NCBI GenBank assembly: GCA_913009335.1
Contig: CAJVXN010000006.1
Span: 562-64,561 of the forward strand
From: an uncultured bacterium
Lineage (GTDB): Bacteria > Omnitrophota > Gorgyraeia > Ghiorseimicrobiales > Ghiorseimicrobiaceae
Direction of reading: 5' to 3'
Length of the DNA stretch: 64,000 nucleotides
A program made the translations under genes and the position numbers. The notes under the pieces were generated by a model. That model had not been told where the DNA came from, ran no database searches, and saw nothing but the letters and a program-made list of their open reading frames with translations. Shown piece by piece: positions 55,159-64,000 of the stretch (the first letter of the stretch is position 1; each line of letters begins with the position of its first letter).

Positions 55159-56235
55159 ATGTTTACCCACGGTGGAAACATAGAAGAGCTAAAGGAAAAG
55201 TTTTCTCCTAAAATAAACAACGTTTTAGATTTTAGCAGCAATCTAAACCCTTTAAATACCCCGCTTAAAATACGCGAAACAATAAAAAATAATCTGAAGA
55301 GCATCGGGGGGTATCCGGATATTTATTCCCGCAGGACGAGGAATTTTATCGCGCGTTTCCATAAAGTTTCAGAGGAGAATATCCTGATTACCAACGGCTC
55401 CATTGAGGCGATTTATTTTACCGCCCGCCTTTTGAGCACAAAAACAAGCCTGATTGCTTTACCGACATTTAGCGAATATGAAAGAGCAATAAAAGCCAAT
55501 AGAGGGATGTGTCGATATGTAAAAACGAACCCGGAAAACGATTTTAATCTTAATGTAGAGAAAATAGCTAAATTAATCAAAAAAGTGCATGCTCTGTGGA
55601 TATGTAATCCCAATAATCCCACATCTAAAGTTTGCTCCTATGATGAATTATTGTTTTTGGCTAAGAGAGCGAACGTAAATAACGCCCTTTTTATTATAGA
55701 CGAGGCCTTTATCGATTTCCTGCCAAACCCGGACAAAGCTTCCCTCGTAAAGGCATTAAGTGATACTAGAAATATTTTAATAATACGTTCTCTTACAAAA
55801 TTTTTTACTATTGCTGGATTAAGAGTGGGTTATCTAATAGCAGATAAACGCCTGATCAAGCGATTATCTAACTTTTCTTATCCCTGGGCAGTAAATTACT
55901 TTGCGCAAGAATGCGCAAAATGCGCCTTTTTAGATAATAGATACATAAATAAAAGTCGGGGCCTAATAAGTAAAGAAAAGGATTTTTTATACGATAAGCT
56001 TTGTGAATTTAAAGAATTAAAGGTGTATTATCCTTATGTAAATTTTATTCTCTGCCGGATATTAACACAAAGGATTAATTCACATCAATTATTTACAAAA
56101 TTGGCAAAAAAGGGAATATTTATACGTGATTGTAGTAATTTTCGCGGTTTAAATAATCAATATTTTCGCCTGGCAATTAAAACAAGAAAAGATAATGCCT
56201 GTATTTTAGGCGAGCTAAAAAAGATACTGAAATGA
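55159..56235 (+). CDS. cobD: Threonine-phosphate decarboxylase (CobD/CobC aminotransferase-class)
   Basis: N-terminal HGGN; NPNNPT; PLP-Lys LTKFFTIAGLRVGY. Confidence 0.8.
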   Translation: MFTHGGNIEELKEKFSPKINNVLDFSSNLNPLNTPLKIRETIKNNLKSIGGYPDIYSRRTRNFIARFHKVSEENILITNGSIEAIYFTARLLSTKTSLIALPTFSEYERAIKANRGMCRYVKTNPENDFNLNVEKIAKLIKKVHALWICNPNNPTSKVCSYDELLFLAKRANVNNALFIIDEAFIDFLPNPDKASLVKALSDTRNILIIRSLTKFFTIAGLRVGYLIADKRLIKRLSNFSYPWAVNYFAQECAKCAFLDNRYINKSRGLISKEKDFLYDKLCEFKELKVYYPYVNFILCRILTQRINSHQLFTKLAKKGIFIRDCSNFRGLNNQYFRLAIKTRKDNACILGELKKILK

Positions 56236-57788
56236 CTTTGCGTCCAATACAAATATGGGGTACAGGATCAGATGTTGGAAAAAGCATAATCGTCTCTGGC
56301 TTATGCCGTATATTTAAACAAGATGGCCTATCTGTTGCGCCGTTTAAGGCGCAAAATATGGCTCTTAATTCATTCGTCACAGAAGACGGGGGTGAAATAG
56401 GGCGCGCCCAGGCAGAGCAAGCAAAGGCATCATGTATCCCAGCCACTACAGACATGAATCCGATACTACTAAAGCCTACCTCTGACAGAAAAGCTCAAGT
56501 CATCCTGCAAGGTAAGCCCTTGGGCAATATGGATGCGCTTAAATATATAAAATCCAAGCTTAGTTTATTTAAAAAGGTCAAAGAATCTTACGGTCGGCTA
56601 GTGAAAAAGCATGATCTTATTATTATTGAAGGTGCCGGTAGTCCGGCTGAGATAAATTTAAAGAAACACGATATTGTAAATCTAAAAATGGCAGAATATT
56701 CCGATGCGGCAGTCTTATTAGTAGGTGATATAGACAAGGGGGGGGTATTTGCGAGTTTGTGCGGCACACTTGCATTACTTACGAAAGACGAACGTAAACG
56801 AATAAAAGGTTTTATTATAAATAAATTCCGGGGTGATAAACGCCTGCTTACTAGTGGGTTAAAATTCCTGGAGAAAAAAACCGGGAAAAAAGTTCTAGGG
56901 GTAATTCCTTATATAAAGGACTTAAAAATCCACCAGGAGGATTCTGTCTGTTTAGATAAGTACTACGGTTTAAAAAAACCCGATAAGAAAAAATTGATAA
57001 ATATTGCGGTTATAGGGCTTCCGCATATGTCGAATTTTACGGATTTTGATGCTTTAGAAAACGAACCTTGCCTGGATTTAAGATATGTGCGTGAGAAACA
57101 TGAACTTGAAAACGTGGATGTAATAATTATCCCGGGCACAAAAAACACAATTGGCGATCTGCGTTATTTAAAAACTTCCGGTATTGCTAAAACTATACTA
57201 TCTAAAGTAAGCAACAATAGTAAAATTATTTTAATCGGTATCTGCGGCGGATTTCAAATGTTGGGAGAAGTTATAAAAGATCCCTACAGTATCGAATCAT
57301 CACAAAAAGAAATAACGGGATTGGGATTATTCAACATAAAAACAACTCTTACAAAGCATAAAAAAACCTACCAGGTAAGGGCCATTGATACACTATGGGG
57401 TAAAAATATATCAGGCTATGAAATCCATCACGGCAAAACTCTAAAATCTGATAATCTAGAACCGCGATTTAAAATTACTAAGCGTCAAGACGCATCTGGT
57501 AAATTTTACGACGGCGCAATAAGCAGGGACCGGCGTATTTGGGGAACTTATATCCATGGTTTATTTGATAGCAATGATTTTAGAGAAGATTTCCTAAAAA
57601 AAATAATGAAAGTAAAAGGTGTAAAATATCCAGGCTTTAAATCTGCATCATTTAGACCGGACGATGAATTTAACAGGATTGCTCGCGCGTTAAGAGAAAA
57701 TATCGATATGAATTATCTAGATAAAATCATAAATAGAACATTAACCGTCATAAAAAGGGAGGTGAGGGATGAAAAAAAAGGTAGTTAA
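56232..57788 (+). CDS. cobQ: Cobyric acid synthase
   Basis: IQIWGTGSDVGKS; C-terminal glutamine amidotransferase GICGGFQMLG. Confidence 0.85.
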   Translation: MTLRPIQIWGTGSDVGKSIIVSGLCRIFKQDGLSVAPFKAQNMALNSFVTEDGGEIGRAQAEQAKASCIPATTDMNPILLKPTSDRKAQVILQGKPLGNMDALKYIKSKLSLFKKVKESYGRLVKKHDLIIIEGAGSPAEINLKKHDIVNLKMAEYSDAAVLLVGDIDKGGVFASLCGTLALLTKDERKRIKGFIINKFRGDKRLLTSGLKFLEKKTGKKVLGVIPYIKDLKIHQEDSVCLDKYYGLKKPDKKKLINIAVIGLPHMSNFTDFDALENEPCLDLRYVREKHELENVDVIIIPGTKNTIGDLRYLKTSGIAKTILSKVSNNSKIILIGICGGFQMLGEVIKDPYSIESSQKEITGLGLFNIKTTLTKHKKTYQVRAIDTLWGKNISGYEIHHGKTLKSDNLEPRFKITKRQDASGKFYDGAISRDRRIWGTYIHGLFDSNDFREDFLKKIMKVKGVKYPGFKSASFRPDDEFNRIARALRENIDMNYLDKIINRTLTVIKREVRDEKKGS

Positions 57789-58026
57789 GAATAAAAAACA
57801 GAACCGTCAAAAGTTTGATAACGCAACAGTAGCATATCGTCTAAAATGCGCAAAAACTGGTAACGGGCTTTCGCATTTCGTGATGTATGGCGATGCGCCA
57901 AAAGATCAATCACCAGTATAATACTATCATCTTGAGTAGATAGCATGTATCGTTTTCCTCCGGGAGGAGTTTTTCCCTGGGGGGGGCAAGGCATTATATG
58001 CTATCTACTAACATTGGAGATAATAC

Positions 58027-59340
58027 ATGAAACAGGGGCTAGATATTTTTAACATAACTGATACGCGCCGCCGGGCGATTACGGACGCAGATAATCTTTT
58101 CTGGGCAATATTACCTAAGGGTAGTGATGAATCAAGCAAATTATCAAGAGATGTATTAAGAGTATATGATAAATTTAAGGATTCACTGGATAAAAATATG
58201 CATGATTTTAGGTTCAGCAAGAAACTTTCAGCTGTTTATATCAATCCAACGGATAAGTGTAACGCAAGCTGTCCTTATTGTTATGTGCCGCCTGCAATCA
58301 GGAAAAACGGACGCTCAATGAACAAAGAAGAACTTGAGTTTATATTGAACAAAATTTATAAGCATACGAAGAGCGCTTCAAAAAAAATGGTGATTGTTTT
58401 TCATGCCAGCGAGCCTTTATTAGTAAAAGATGTTGTATTTTCGGCAATCAATAAATTTAAGAATAAGTTCCTTTTTGGCCTGCAGACAAATGCTTTGCTA
58501 CTTACAAAAAAAGATGTCGATTTTCTTATTAAGCACCGTGTAGGAGTAGGGATATCTCTTGATTCGCAAAATTCTAAAATCAATAACAGACTCAGATCCG
58601 GAAATTTTAATCAGGTAAATAAAGCTCTTAAATGGTTCAACGGTTATGCCGGACTAAATGTAATTACTACGGTTACAAAATATAATGTTCGGGGCTTAGA
58701 AAAACTAGTAAGATTCCTACATAAAAAGAAGGTATCTTGTATTCTTTTAAATCCTGTGCGTCTTACTCAGAAATATTCCAGAAAACTAAAACCGGACCAG
58801 GAACTATTGGCAAGAGAATTCTTAAAAGCTGTTGATACTGCCATTGATTTAACAATTAATTCAAAACGTCCCATAATTATCGCGAATTTTGCTAATATTA
58901 TCTTAGGTATTGTCTCGCCCTTTGCCAGACGCCTTATGTGTGATATCTCGCCATGCGGGGGAGGAAGATGCTTCTTTACGATAACCGCGCGGGGTGAGAT
59001 GATTCCCTGCGGTGAATTTATCGGTATTCGTGATTCATCCGGAGGTAATATATTTCGCGACAGCATCACAAAGGCTATTGAATCAAAGCCATTTAAAAGT
59101 GTACGGGGACGATTTGTGGAGAAAATAGAGGAGTGCGATATATGCACTTTTAGGAATATCTGCGGCTCTCCCTGTCCGGCTGAGCTTCACGCGATGGACA
59201 GATTTAATAAGAAAGCGGTATTCTGTGAATTCTATAAGAAAATAATACAGCATGCTTTTAAGCTTATTGCTCAAGGCAAGGAAAAACATGCTTTACGCAA
59301 AGATATTCTAGGTAATCTTAAATACGAATATCAACTATAA
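58027..59340 (+). CDS. Radical SAM protein with C-terminal SPASM/twitch Cys-rich domain
   Basis: CNASCPYCYV (CxxxCxxC); C-terminal CDISPCGGGRCFF...CGEF...CDICTFRNICGSPCPAE; good SD GGAG 8 nt upstream. Confidence 0.8.
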   Translation: MKQGLDIFNITDTRRRAITDADNLFWAILPKGSDESSKLSRDVLRVYDKFKDSLDKNMHDFRFSKKLSAVYINPTDKCNASCPYCYVPPAIRKNGRSMNKEELEFILNKIYKHTKSASKKMVIVFHASEPLLVKDVVFSAINKFKNKFLFGLQTNALLLTKKDVDFLIKHRVGVGISLDSQNSKINNRLRSGNFNQVNKALKWFNGYAGLNVITTVTKYNVRGLEKLVRFLHKKKVSCILLNPVRLTQKYSRKLKPDQELLAREFLKAVDTAIDLTINSKRPIIIANFANIILGIVSPFARRLMCDISPCGGGRCFFTITARGEMIPCGEFIGIRDSSGGNIFRDSITKAIESKPFKSVRGRFVEKIEECDICTFRNICGSPCPAELHAMDRFNKKAVFCEFYKKIIQHAFKLIAQGKEKHALRKDILGNLKYEYQL

Positions 59341-59392
59341 TTCTTAAAACCACCCATGTACACCTCGTAGGTGTACATGGGTAAATAGATAG

Positions 59393-60337
59393 ATGGAAAT
59401 AATTATTATTATAGCTGCGGCATTTTTCATGGATTTGCTTTTTGGGGATCCCAGGTGGAGATATCATCCTGTGCGTATCATGGGCAAATTAATCGCGGCT
59501 TTCGAGAAGATTTTATACCGCCTAAATTTTAAGAAAATTGCGGGGTTTATTCTTGTACTACTTGTTATAATACACGGCTATGTGGCTGTAAAAATTATCG
59601 AAAGCGCCGCAAACCATTTTCATCCGCTGGCAGGCTCATTTATATCGGTCTTTCTAATTTATAGTTGTTTATCAATTAAAGATCTAAAAGATGAAAGTAT
59701 GCCGGTATATCAGGCACTCGCTGCTAAAAACATAAGCCTTGCCCGTCAAAAAGTCTCACGTATTGTCGGTAGGGATACTAAAAACATGAACGATAATGAA
59801 ATCACCCGCGCGACAGTTGAGACAATAGCCGAAAGCACTTTAGACGGCATAATAGCGCCCCTATTTTACGCGTTTTTGGGAGGAATCCACCTTATTGTTG
59901 TCTATAAAATAGTCAACACAATGGATTCGATGATCGGGCATCAGAATCAGCGATACAAAGACTTTGGCTGGGCAGCAGCAAAAACAGATGAAATATTTAA
60001 TTTCGTACCATCCAGGATATGCGCATTTTTGTTCTTTCTTTGCGGTGTAATGCAAAAAAGGAAATCAGCGCTAAAAATTATAAATTTAATCAAGACTAAA
60101 GTATTTATTTTTGCCTCACCTTCTAAAATTCCTCAGATTTCAATGGCGGAGTTACTCGGTATTAAATTAGGAGGCACAAATTACTACAATAACGAAAAAC
60201 GAATAACCCCAATAATGGGAAGCGGAAATAATCAATTATTGTATGAAGATATAAAAAAAGCAAATTCTATCATGACGGCAGTATCAGTCTTGGGATTAAT
60301 TTGCGGGAGTTTCCTGTTATGGCTAGTGATAAGGTAA
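59393..60337 (+). CDS. cbiB: Adenosylcobinamide-phosphate synthase
   Basis: DLLFGDPRWRYHPVRIMGKLI and TM topology. Confidence 0.85.
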   Translation: MEIIIIIAAAFFMDLLFGDPRWRYHPVRIMGKLIAAFEKILYRLNFKKIAGFILVLLVIIHGYVAVKIIESAANHFHPLAGSFISVFLIYSCLSIKDLKDESMPVYQALAAKNISLARQKVSRIVGRDTKNMNDNEITRATVETIAESTLDGIIAPLFYAFLGGIHLIVVYKIVNTMDSMIGHQNQRYKDFGWAAAKTDEIFNFVPSRICAFLFFLCGVMQKRKSALKIINLIKTKVFIFASPSKIPQISMAELLGIKLGGTNYYNNEKRITPIMGSGNNQLLYEDIKKANSIMTAVSVLGLICGSFLLWLVIR

Positions 60338-61002
60338 TTTGCCTTTGGAGTGGGGGGAAAGACAGTTGTTTTTCCTACTACAAAGCATTAGAAAAAGGTT
60401 ATTCGATAGGATACCTACTTAATTTCATCAGCGATGATAATAAACATTCCTTATCGCATAATTTAAGCGCTCAAACCCTAAATACCCAGATGCAGGCAAT
60501 AAATATTCCTTTTATTCAGAAAGAGGTCAAAGATAAAAGTTATGCGGATTCTTTTTCTGAAGTGGTTTCTCTTGTTAAAAAAGAGGGTGTTAAAGGAATC
60601 GTATTTGGTGATATTTATTTACGCCCGCATCGCGAATGGATAGAAAAATTCTGCCGCGATAATGATATAAACCCTATTTTTCCATTATGGGAAATACCTA
60701 CTGATAAGATTGTTCGTGAATTTGTATCGCATGGATTTAAAACAACTATTGTAGATGTAAGGAAAAATATAATGGATAAAACATGGCTGGGAAGGATTAT
60801 TGATCATACCTTTATTGATGCACTTAAAGAAATAGATCCATCAATCGATCCATGCGGAGAAAAAGGAGAATTTCATACATTTGTAACTGATGGGCCGATA
60901 TTTAAGCGCAAGATAAATATTATAGAAACTGCTATATCCGAAAATAATACTTATCATACGCTGGATATACTTAAAATTGAAGATGTCAAAAAAGATACTT
61001 AG
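60301..61002 (+). CDS. PP-loop ATP pyrophosphatase (Dph6/MJ0570-like, COG2102); likely start ATG at 60319
   Basis: VICLWSGGKDS PP-loop; overlaps the cbiB 3' end and the btuF 5' end. Confidence 0.55.
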   Translation: MREFPVMASDKVICLWSGGKDSCFSYYKALEKGYSIGYLLNFISDDNKHSLSHNLSAQTLNTQMQAINIPFIQKEVKDKSYADSFSEVVSLVKKEGVKGIVFGDIYLRPHREWIEKFCRDNDINPIFPLWEIPTDKIVREFVSHGFKTTIVDVRKNIMDKTWLGRIIDHTFIDALKEIDPSIDPCGEKGEFHTFVTDGPIFKRKINIIETAISENNTYHTLDILKIEDVKKDT

Positions 61003-61822
61003 CTTATTAATAATTCTATTGTTTTTTGCGGCTGGTATAGCTTGCGCGGAAGGTTACAGCCGTATTATATCAATCGCGCCGTCTGCCACAGAAAGCCTCT
61101 ATGCATTGGGCCTTGGCGATAAACTTATTGCCCTAACCATATATTGTCCTAATCCGTATGCGCTAGATAGCATTGGAACAACTCTTGAGCCTAATATCGA
61201 ACAGATTGTATATCTTGAGCCGGATTTAGTTATTGGCTGTGAAGAAGCTAATAGTACCAGAACCATCGATAAATTAAAAAGTCTCGGCTTAAATGTATTC
61301 TTTATCGAGAAAAGTAAGGATTTCACAGATATCTGCCGTAATTTTATCCTTCTAGGTGCAACTGTAGATAAAAAAGAGTTCGCCCTTACGATTATTAAGA
61401 AAGCAAAAGATGAATTGGATTTAATTAGGCAGAGAACAGAAAAATACCCGGTAAAAAAGGTATTTTGGGAAGTAGGGGCACGCCCATTAATTACTATAAA
61501 TCGCGAAAGTTTTGTTGATGAAATGATTAAGTTTTCGGGCGGGATAAACATATTCTCCAAACTTAAGTCTAAATATCCCCGCATAAACCATGAAGAAGTA
61601 TTAAAAATTAATCCTGACATCATAATACTTACCACTATGGGAGATGTATCCAGCGAAGAAATCCTGCGCTGGAAAAAATATAAAACAATTTCTGCGGTTA
61701 AAGATAATCAAATACATATAATCGATTCCTCATTGGTCTGCTGGCCCATACCTGCTAATTTTGTTAAAGGGGTTAGATACGTATCCAATATCATCCATCC
61801 GGATATAAAAAATGAAAAATAA
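60977..61822 (+). CDS. btuF: Periplasmic cobalamin/siderophore-type ABC substrate-binding protein
   Basis: Signal peptide; RIISIAPSATESLYALGLGDKLIALT. Confidence 0.7.
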   Translation: MKMSKKILSLLIILLFFAAGIACAEGYSRIISIAPSATESLYALGLGDKLIALTIYCPNPYALDSIGTTLEPNIEQIVYLEPDLVIGCEEANSTRTIDKLKSLGLNVFFIEKSKDFTDICRNFILLGATVDKKEFALTIIKKAKDELDLIRQRTEKYPVKKVFWEVGARPLITINRESFVDEMIKFSGGINIFSKLKSKYPRINHEEVLKINPDIIILTTMGDVSSEEILRWKKYKTISAVKDNQIHIIDSSLVCWPIPANFVKGVRYVSNIIHPDIKNEK

Positions 61823-62807
61823 AAATAATATTTTCCCTTTTTTTATTCTTATTGCCTTGTTTCTGGCAACTATTGTTTTTTCTTTGATATTCGGTTCAAG
61901 CGATATAGAGCAAAGTAGAATAATCTCTGCATTATTTAGTAAGGGTGGTGATAATGTAACGCGAACGATCCTCTGGCAAATCAGATTGCCGCGTCTGATT
62001 TTGGGTATATTTGTGGGAGCCGGACTTGCAGTGTGTGGAGCGGTTTTTCAAAGCATGCTGCGTAATCCTCTGGCAAGCCCGTATACTTTAGGTATTTCCG
62101 GTGGGTCGGCGTTTGGAGCAACGGTAGGGATTATTTTTGGTTTTGCAGGTTTTTTGCTTCCTATCTTTGCATTCTTAGGCGGGATTATTTCAGTAGGAGT
62201 AATTTATCTTATAGCGCTTAGAAAACGCTTCTCCAATTCTGCTCTGATTCTAAGCGGCGTAATCCTTAGTTTTACATTTTCATCACTTGTACTGCTTTTA
62301 TTTTCAATATCACGCTCAGAAAGGGTTCATAGCGCACTTCTCTGGCTAATCGGGGATTTATCATCAGCTCCTGAGGCCACTATCAAAAGTATTCCTGCTA
62401 TAATTACCTGCGGAATATTAATATTGATATTTTACGGCCGTGACATTAATATCTTAACCCTGGGAGATGAAAAAGCATTATATCTCGGTGTTCGCGTTGA
62501 TATTATTAAAAAAATTATTTTTATAGTTGCTTCTTTTATTACTGCTGCTTGTGTATCTGCTGCGGGCATAATCAGCTTTGTAGGATTGATTATTCCGCAT
62601 TTTATGCGTTATTTTTTTGGTTTAAATCATCGCAGGTTGCTTGTTAGCTGCGCGTTAAGTGGCGCAATATTTTTGGTTTTATGCGACTTACTTGCGCGTA
62701 TAATTATCAAACCGCTTGAGCTTCCCGTTGGAGTAATTACAGGGTTCTTCGGAGGAATATTTTTTCTTATCTTCCTCCTGAAGTCAAAAGATTGGGAAAT
62801 AATCTAA
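61812..62807 (+). CDS. btuC: FecCD-family ABC permease
   Basis: IRLPRLILGIFVGAGLAVCGAVFQSMLRNPLASPYTLGISGG. Confidence 0.85.
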   Translation: MKNKNNIFPFFILIALFLATIVFSLIFGSSDIEQSRIISALFSKGGDNVTRTILWQIRLPRLILGIFVGAGLAVCGAVFQSMLRNPLASPYTLGISGGSAFGATVGIIFGFAGFLLPIFAFLGGIISVGVIYLIALRKRFSNSALILSGVILSFTFSSLVLLLFSISRSERVHSALLWLIGDLSSAPEATIKSIPAIITCGILILIFYGRDINILTLGDEKALYLGVRVDIIKKIIFIVASFITAACVSAAGIISFVGLIIPHFMRYFFGLNHRRLLVSCALSGAIFLVLCDLLARIIIKPLELPVGVITGFFGGIFFLIFLLKSKDWEII

Positions 62808-62810
62808 ATT

Positions 62811-63611
62811 ATGGCGATATTAAATGTAAATAACATATCCTGCGGGTACGGCGTTAAAAAAGTAATCAAAGACGTCTCTTTTGAAGTTGAAGCTGGAGAA
62901 TTTGTCGGCATCATCGGACCCAACGGAACAGGCAAAACTACTTTATTTCGAGCTTTAAATAAACTCCTGCCGCTTTCAAAAGGAAAAATCTACTACAAGC
63001 AAAAGGATATTGCGCATATATCCGCCTATACCCTAGCCCAGGAAACAGCAACATTGCCGCAGTTCTTGCAGATGCCCTTTTCGCTACCTGTGGAAGAATT
63101 TGTCGCAATGGGAAGATTTCCGCATCTGGGACGATTTAGAGGTTTTAAAAAACACGATATTGAATGTATTGAACGCGCCCTTACACTAACCGATACAACA
63201 AAACTAAAAGGCAGAAACATATCTGAACTTTCCGCGGGCGAGCGTCAATGCGTATTTTTGGCTCAGGCCTTTGCTCAAGAGCCAAAACTTATCCTTTTAG
63301 ATGAGCCAACAGCACATCTTGATATTACGCATCAGGTAACGATTATGGATATAATCTCAAGGCTCAATAGAGAACAAGGTTTAACCGTACTCATCGTACT
63401 CCACGACTTAAATCTTGCAAGTGAATATTGCAATAAGTTAATCTTACTTAAAGACGGGGGAGTCTATAAACAAGGAGAAAGTGCTCAAGTACTAAACTAT
63501 CAAAATATCGAAGCAGTATATAATACAGTAGTTGTTGTTGAGGAAAACCCTATGAGTAAAAAGCCGTATGTTTTACTCGTTTCTGAACAGCAAAGGAGCA
63601 GGCGATGCTAA
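62811..63611 (+). CDS. btuD: ABC transporter ATP-binding protein (BtuD/FecE-like)
   Basis: GPNGTGKTT, LSAGERQ, LILLDEPTAHLD. Confidence 0.85.
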   Translation: MAILNVNNISCGYGVKKVIKDVSFEVEAGEFVGIIGPNGTGKTTLFRALNKLLPLSKGKIYYKQKDIAHISAYTLAQETATLPQFLQMPFSLPVEEFVAMGRFPHLGRFRGFKKHDIECIERALTLTDTTKLKGRNISELSAGERQCVFLAQAFAQEPKLILLDEPTAHLDITHQVTIMDIISRLNREQGLTVLIVLHDLNLASEYCNKLILLKDGGVYKQGESAQVLNYQNIEAVYNTVVVVEENPMSKKPYVLLVSEQQRSRRC

Positions 63612-64000
63612 AAAAAGGAATAATTCAAATCTATACAGGCTGCGGTAAAGGCAAAACAACAGCAGCCGTAGGCCAAACAGTTAGAGCGAGAGGTCAAGGA
63701 CTCAAAGTCTCTTTTGTTTATTTCCACAAAGATTCCGATAATCAAAAAAGTGGAGAGATGAGAATTCTTAAAAAAATCGGTGTAGATATATTCTGTTTTG
63801 CAAAAAAACATCCATATCTAAATAAAAAATCACCCCTCAATTGCTTAAAGTTTGAATGCGCAGAAGCTCTTGATTTTATAAGAGATGTATTATTTAAGAA
63901 AAAATACGATATTATTGTTTTGGATGAAGTAAATATTGCGATACGAGACTGTTTCATAAATGAAAATGACCTCATAAAGCTGCTTAGGAACAAACCTAAG
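63605..64000 (+). CDS. cobO: Cob(I)yrinic acid a,c-diamide/corrinoid adenosyltransferase (CobO/BtuR), 3' truncated by window edge
   Basis: My own translation from the ATG at 63605: MLKKGIIQIYTGCGKGKTTAAVGQ... (P-loop); open to window end; overlaps the btuD stop. Confidence 0.75.
   Translation, partial: MLKKGIIQIYTGCGKGKTTAAVGQTVRARGQGLKVSFVYFHKDSDNQKSGEMRILKKIGVDIFCFAKKHPYLNKKSPLNCLKFECAEALDFIRDVLFKKKYDIIVLDEVNIAIRDCFINENDLIKLLRNKPK

Noticed and set aside
57945-58052. 35-aa ORF upstream of the radical SAM gene as a confident RiPP precursor
   Set aside because: No convincing RBS, it overlaps the rSAM start in another frame, and it contains a G7 run. Kept only as a low-confidence note inside the rSAM finding.
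63608-63993. Two minus-strand ORFs at the window end
   Set aside because: They overlap a plus-strand frame that translates into a clear CobO/BtuR-type corrinoid adenosyltransferase N-terminus (GCGKGKTTAA P-loop).

Overview
This is a 64-kb chromosomal window from an AT-rich bacterium (roughly 35-40% GC by eye). Almost all genes are on the + strand and densely packed. The first ~7.6 kb is an accessory or defence island. It begins with a Gabija-like pair: the 3' part of an OLD-family ATPase/TOPRIM gene (GajA-like, truncated by the window edge) and a complete UvrD-like helicase (GajB-like). A ~450-bp GC-rich non-coding block follows. Next comes a 4.4-kb cassette bounded by ~175-bp inverted repeats, which encodes an excisionase-like HTH protein, an 870-aa PHP phosphoesterase fused to a Rad50/SbcC-like coiled-coil ABC ATPase, and a large serine recombinase. 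The three genes overlap by 4 nt each (ATGA). The right inverted repeat coincides with the promoter and first ~20 codons of miaB; the left repeat is an inverted, decayed copy of the same segment. The remaining ~56 kb is housekeeping. Gene content, in order: miaB/miaA/dus tRNA modification; icd; a sensor kinase-response regulator pair and several PilZ/HD-GYP c-di-GMP proteins; mdh-lpd-lipB; dnaG-rpoD; a tupABC-like tungstate/molybdate ABC transporter flanked by tRNA-Met and tRNA-Val; rnhA and RNase P RNA; yebC-ruvC-ruvA-scpB; an aromatic amino-acid cluster (pheA, hisC-like, DAHP synthase, tyrA); cmk-lepA-lepB; lipid and glycolipid genes; and a cobalamin-riboswitch-controlled B12 salvage and transport operon (cobC/U/T/S/D/Q, cbiB, btuFCD, cobO) with an embedded radical-SAM/SPASM gene. 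Several small intergenic repeat families carry compensatory base changes in their hairpins. These include a 126-bp element with conserved 15-bp inverted termini at the 5' ends of dus, mdh and lipB, and a ~95-nt structured leader shared by the kinase and DAHP synthase genes. No CRISPR array, rRNA or prophage structural genes were seen.
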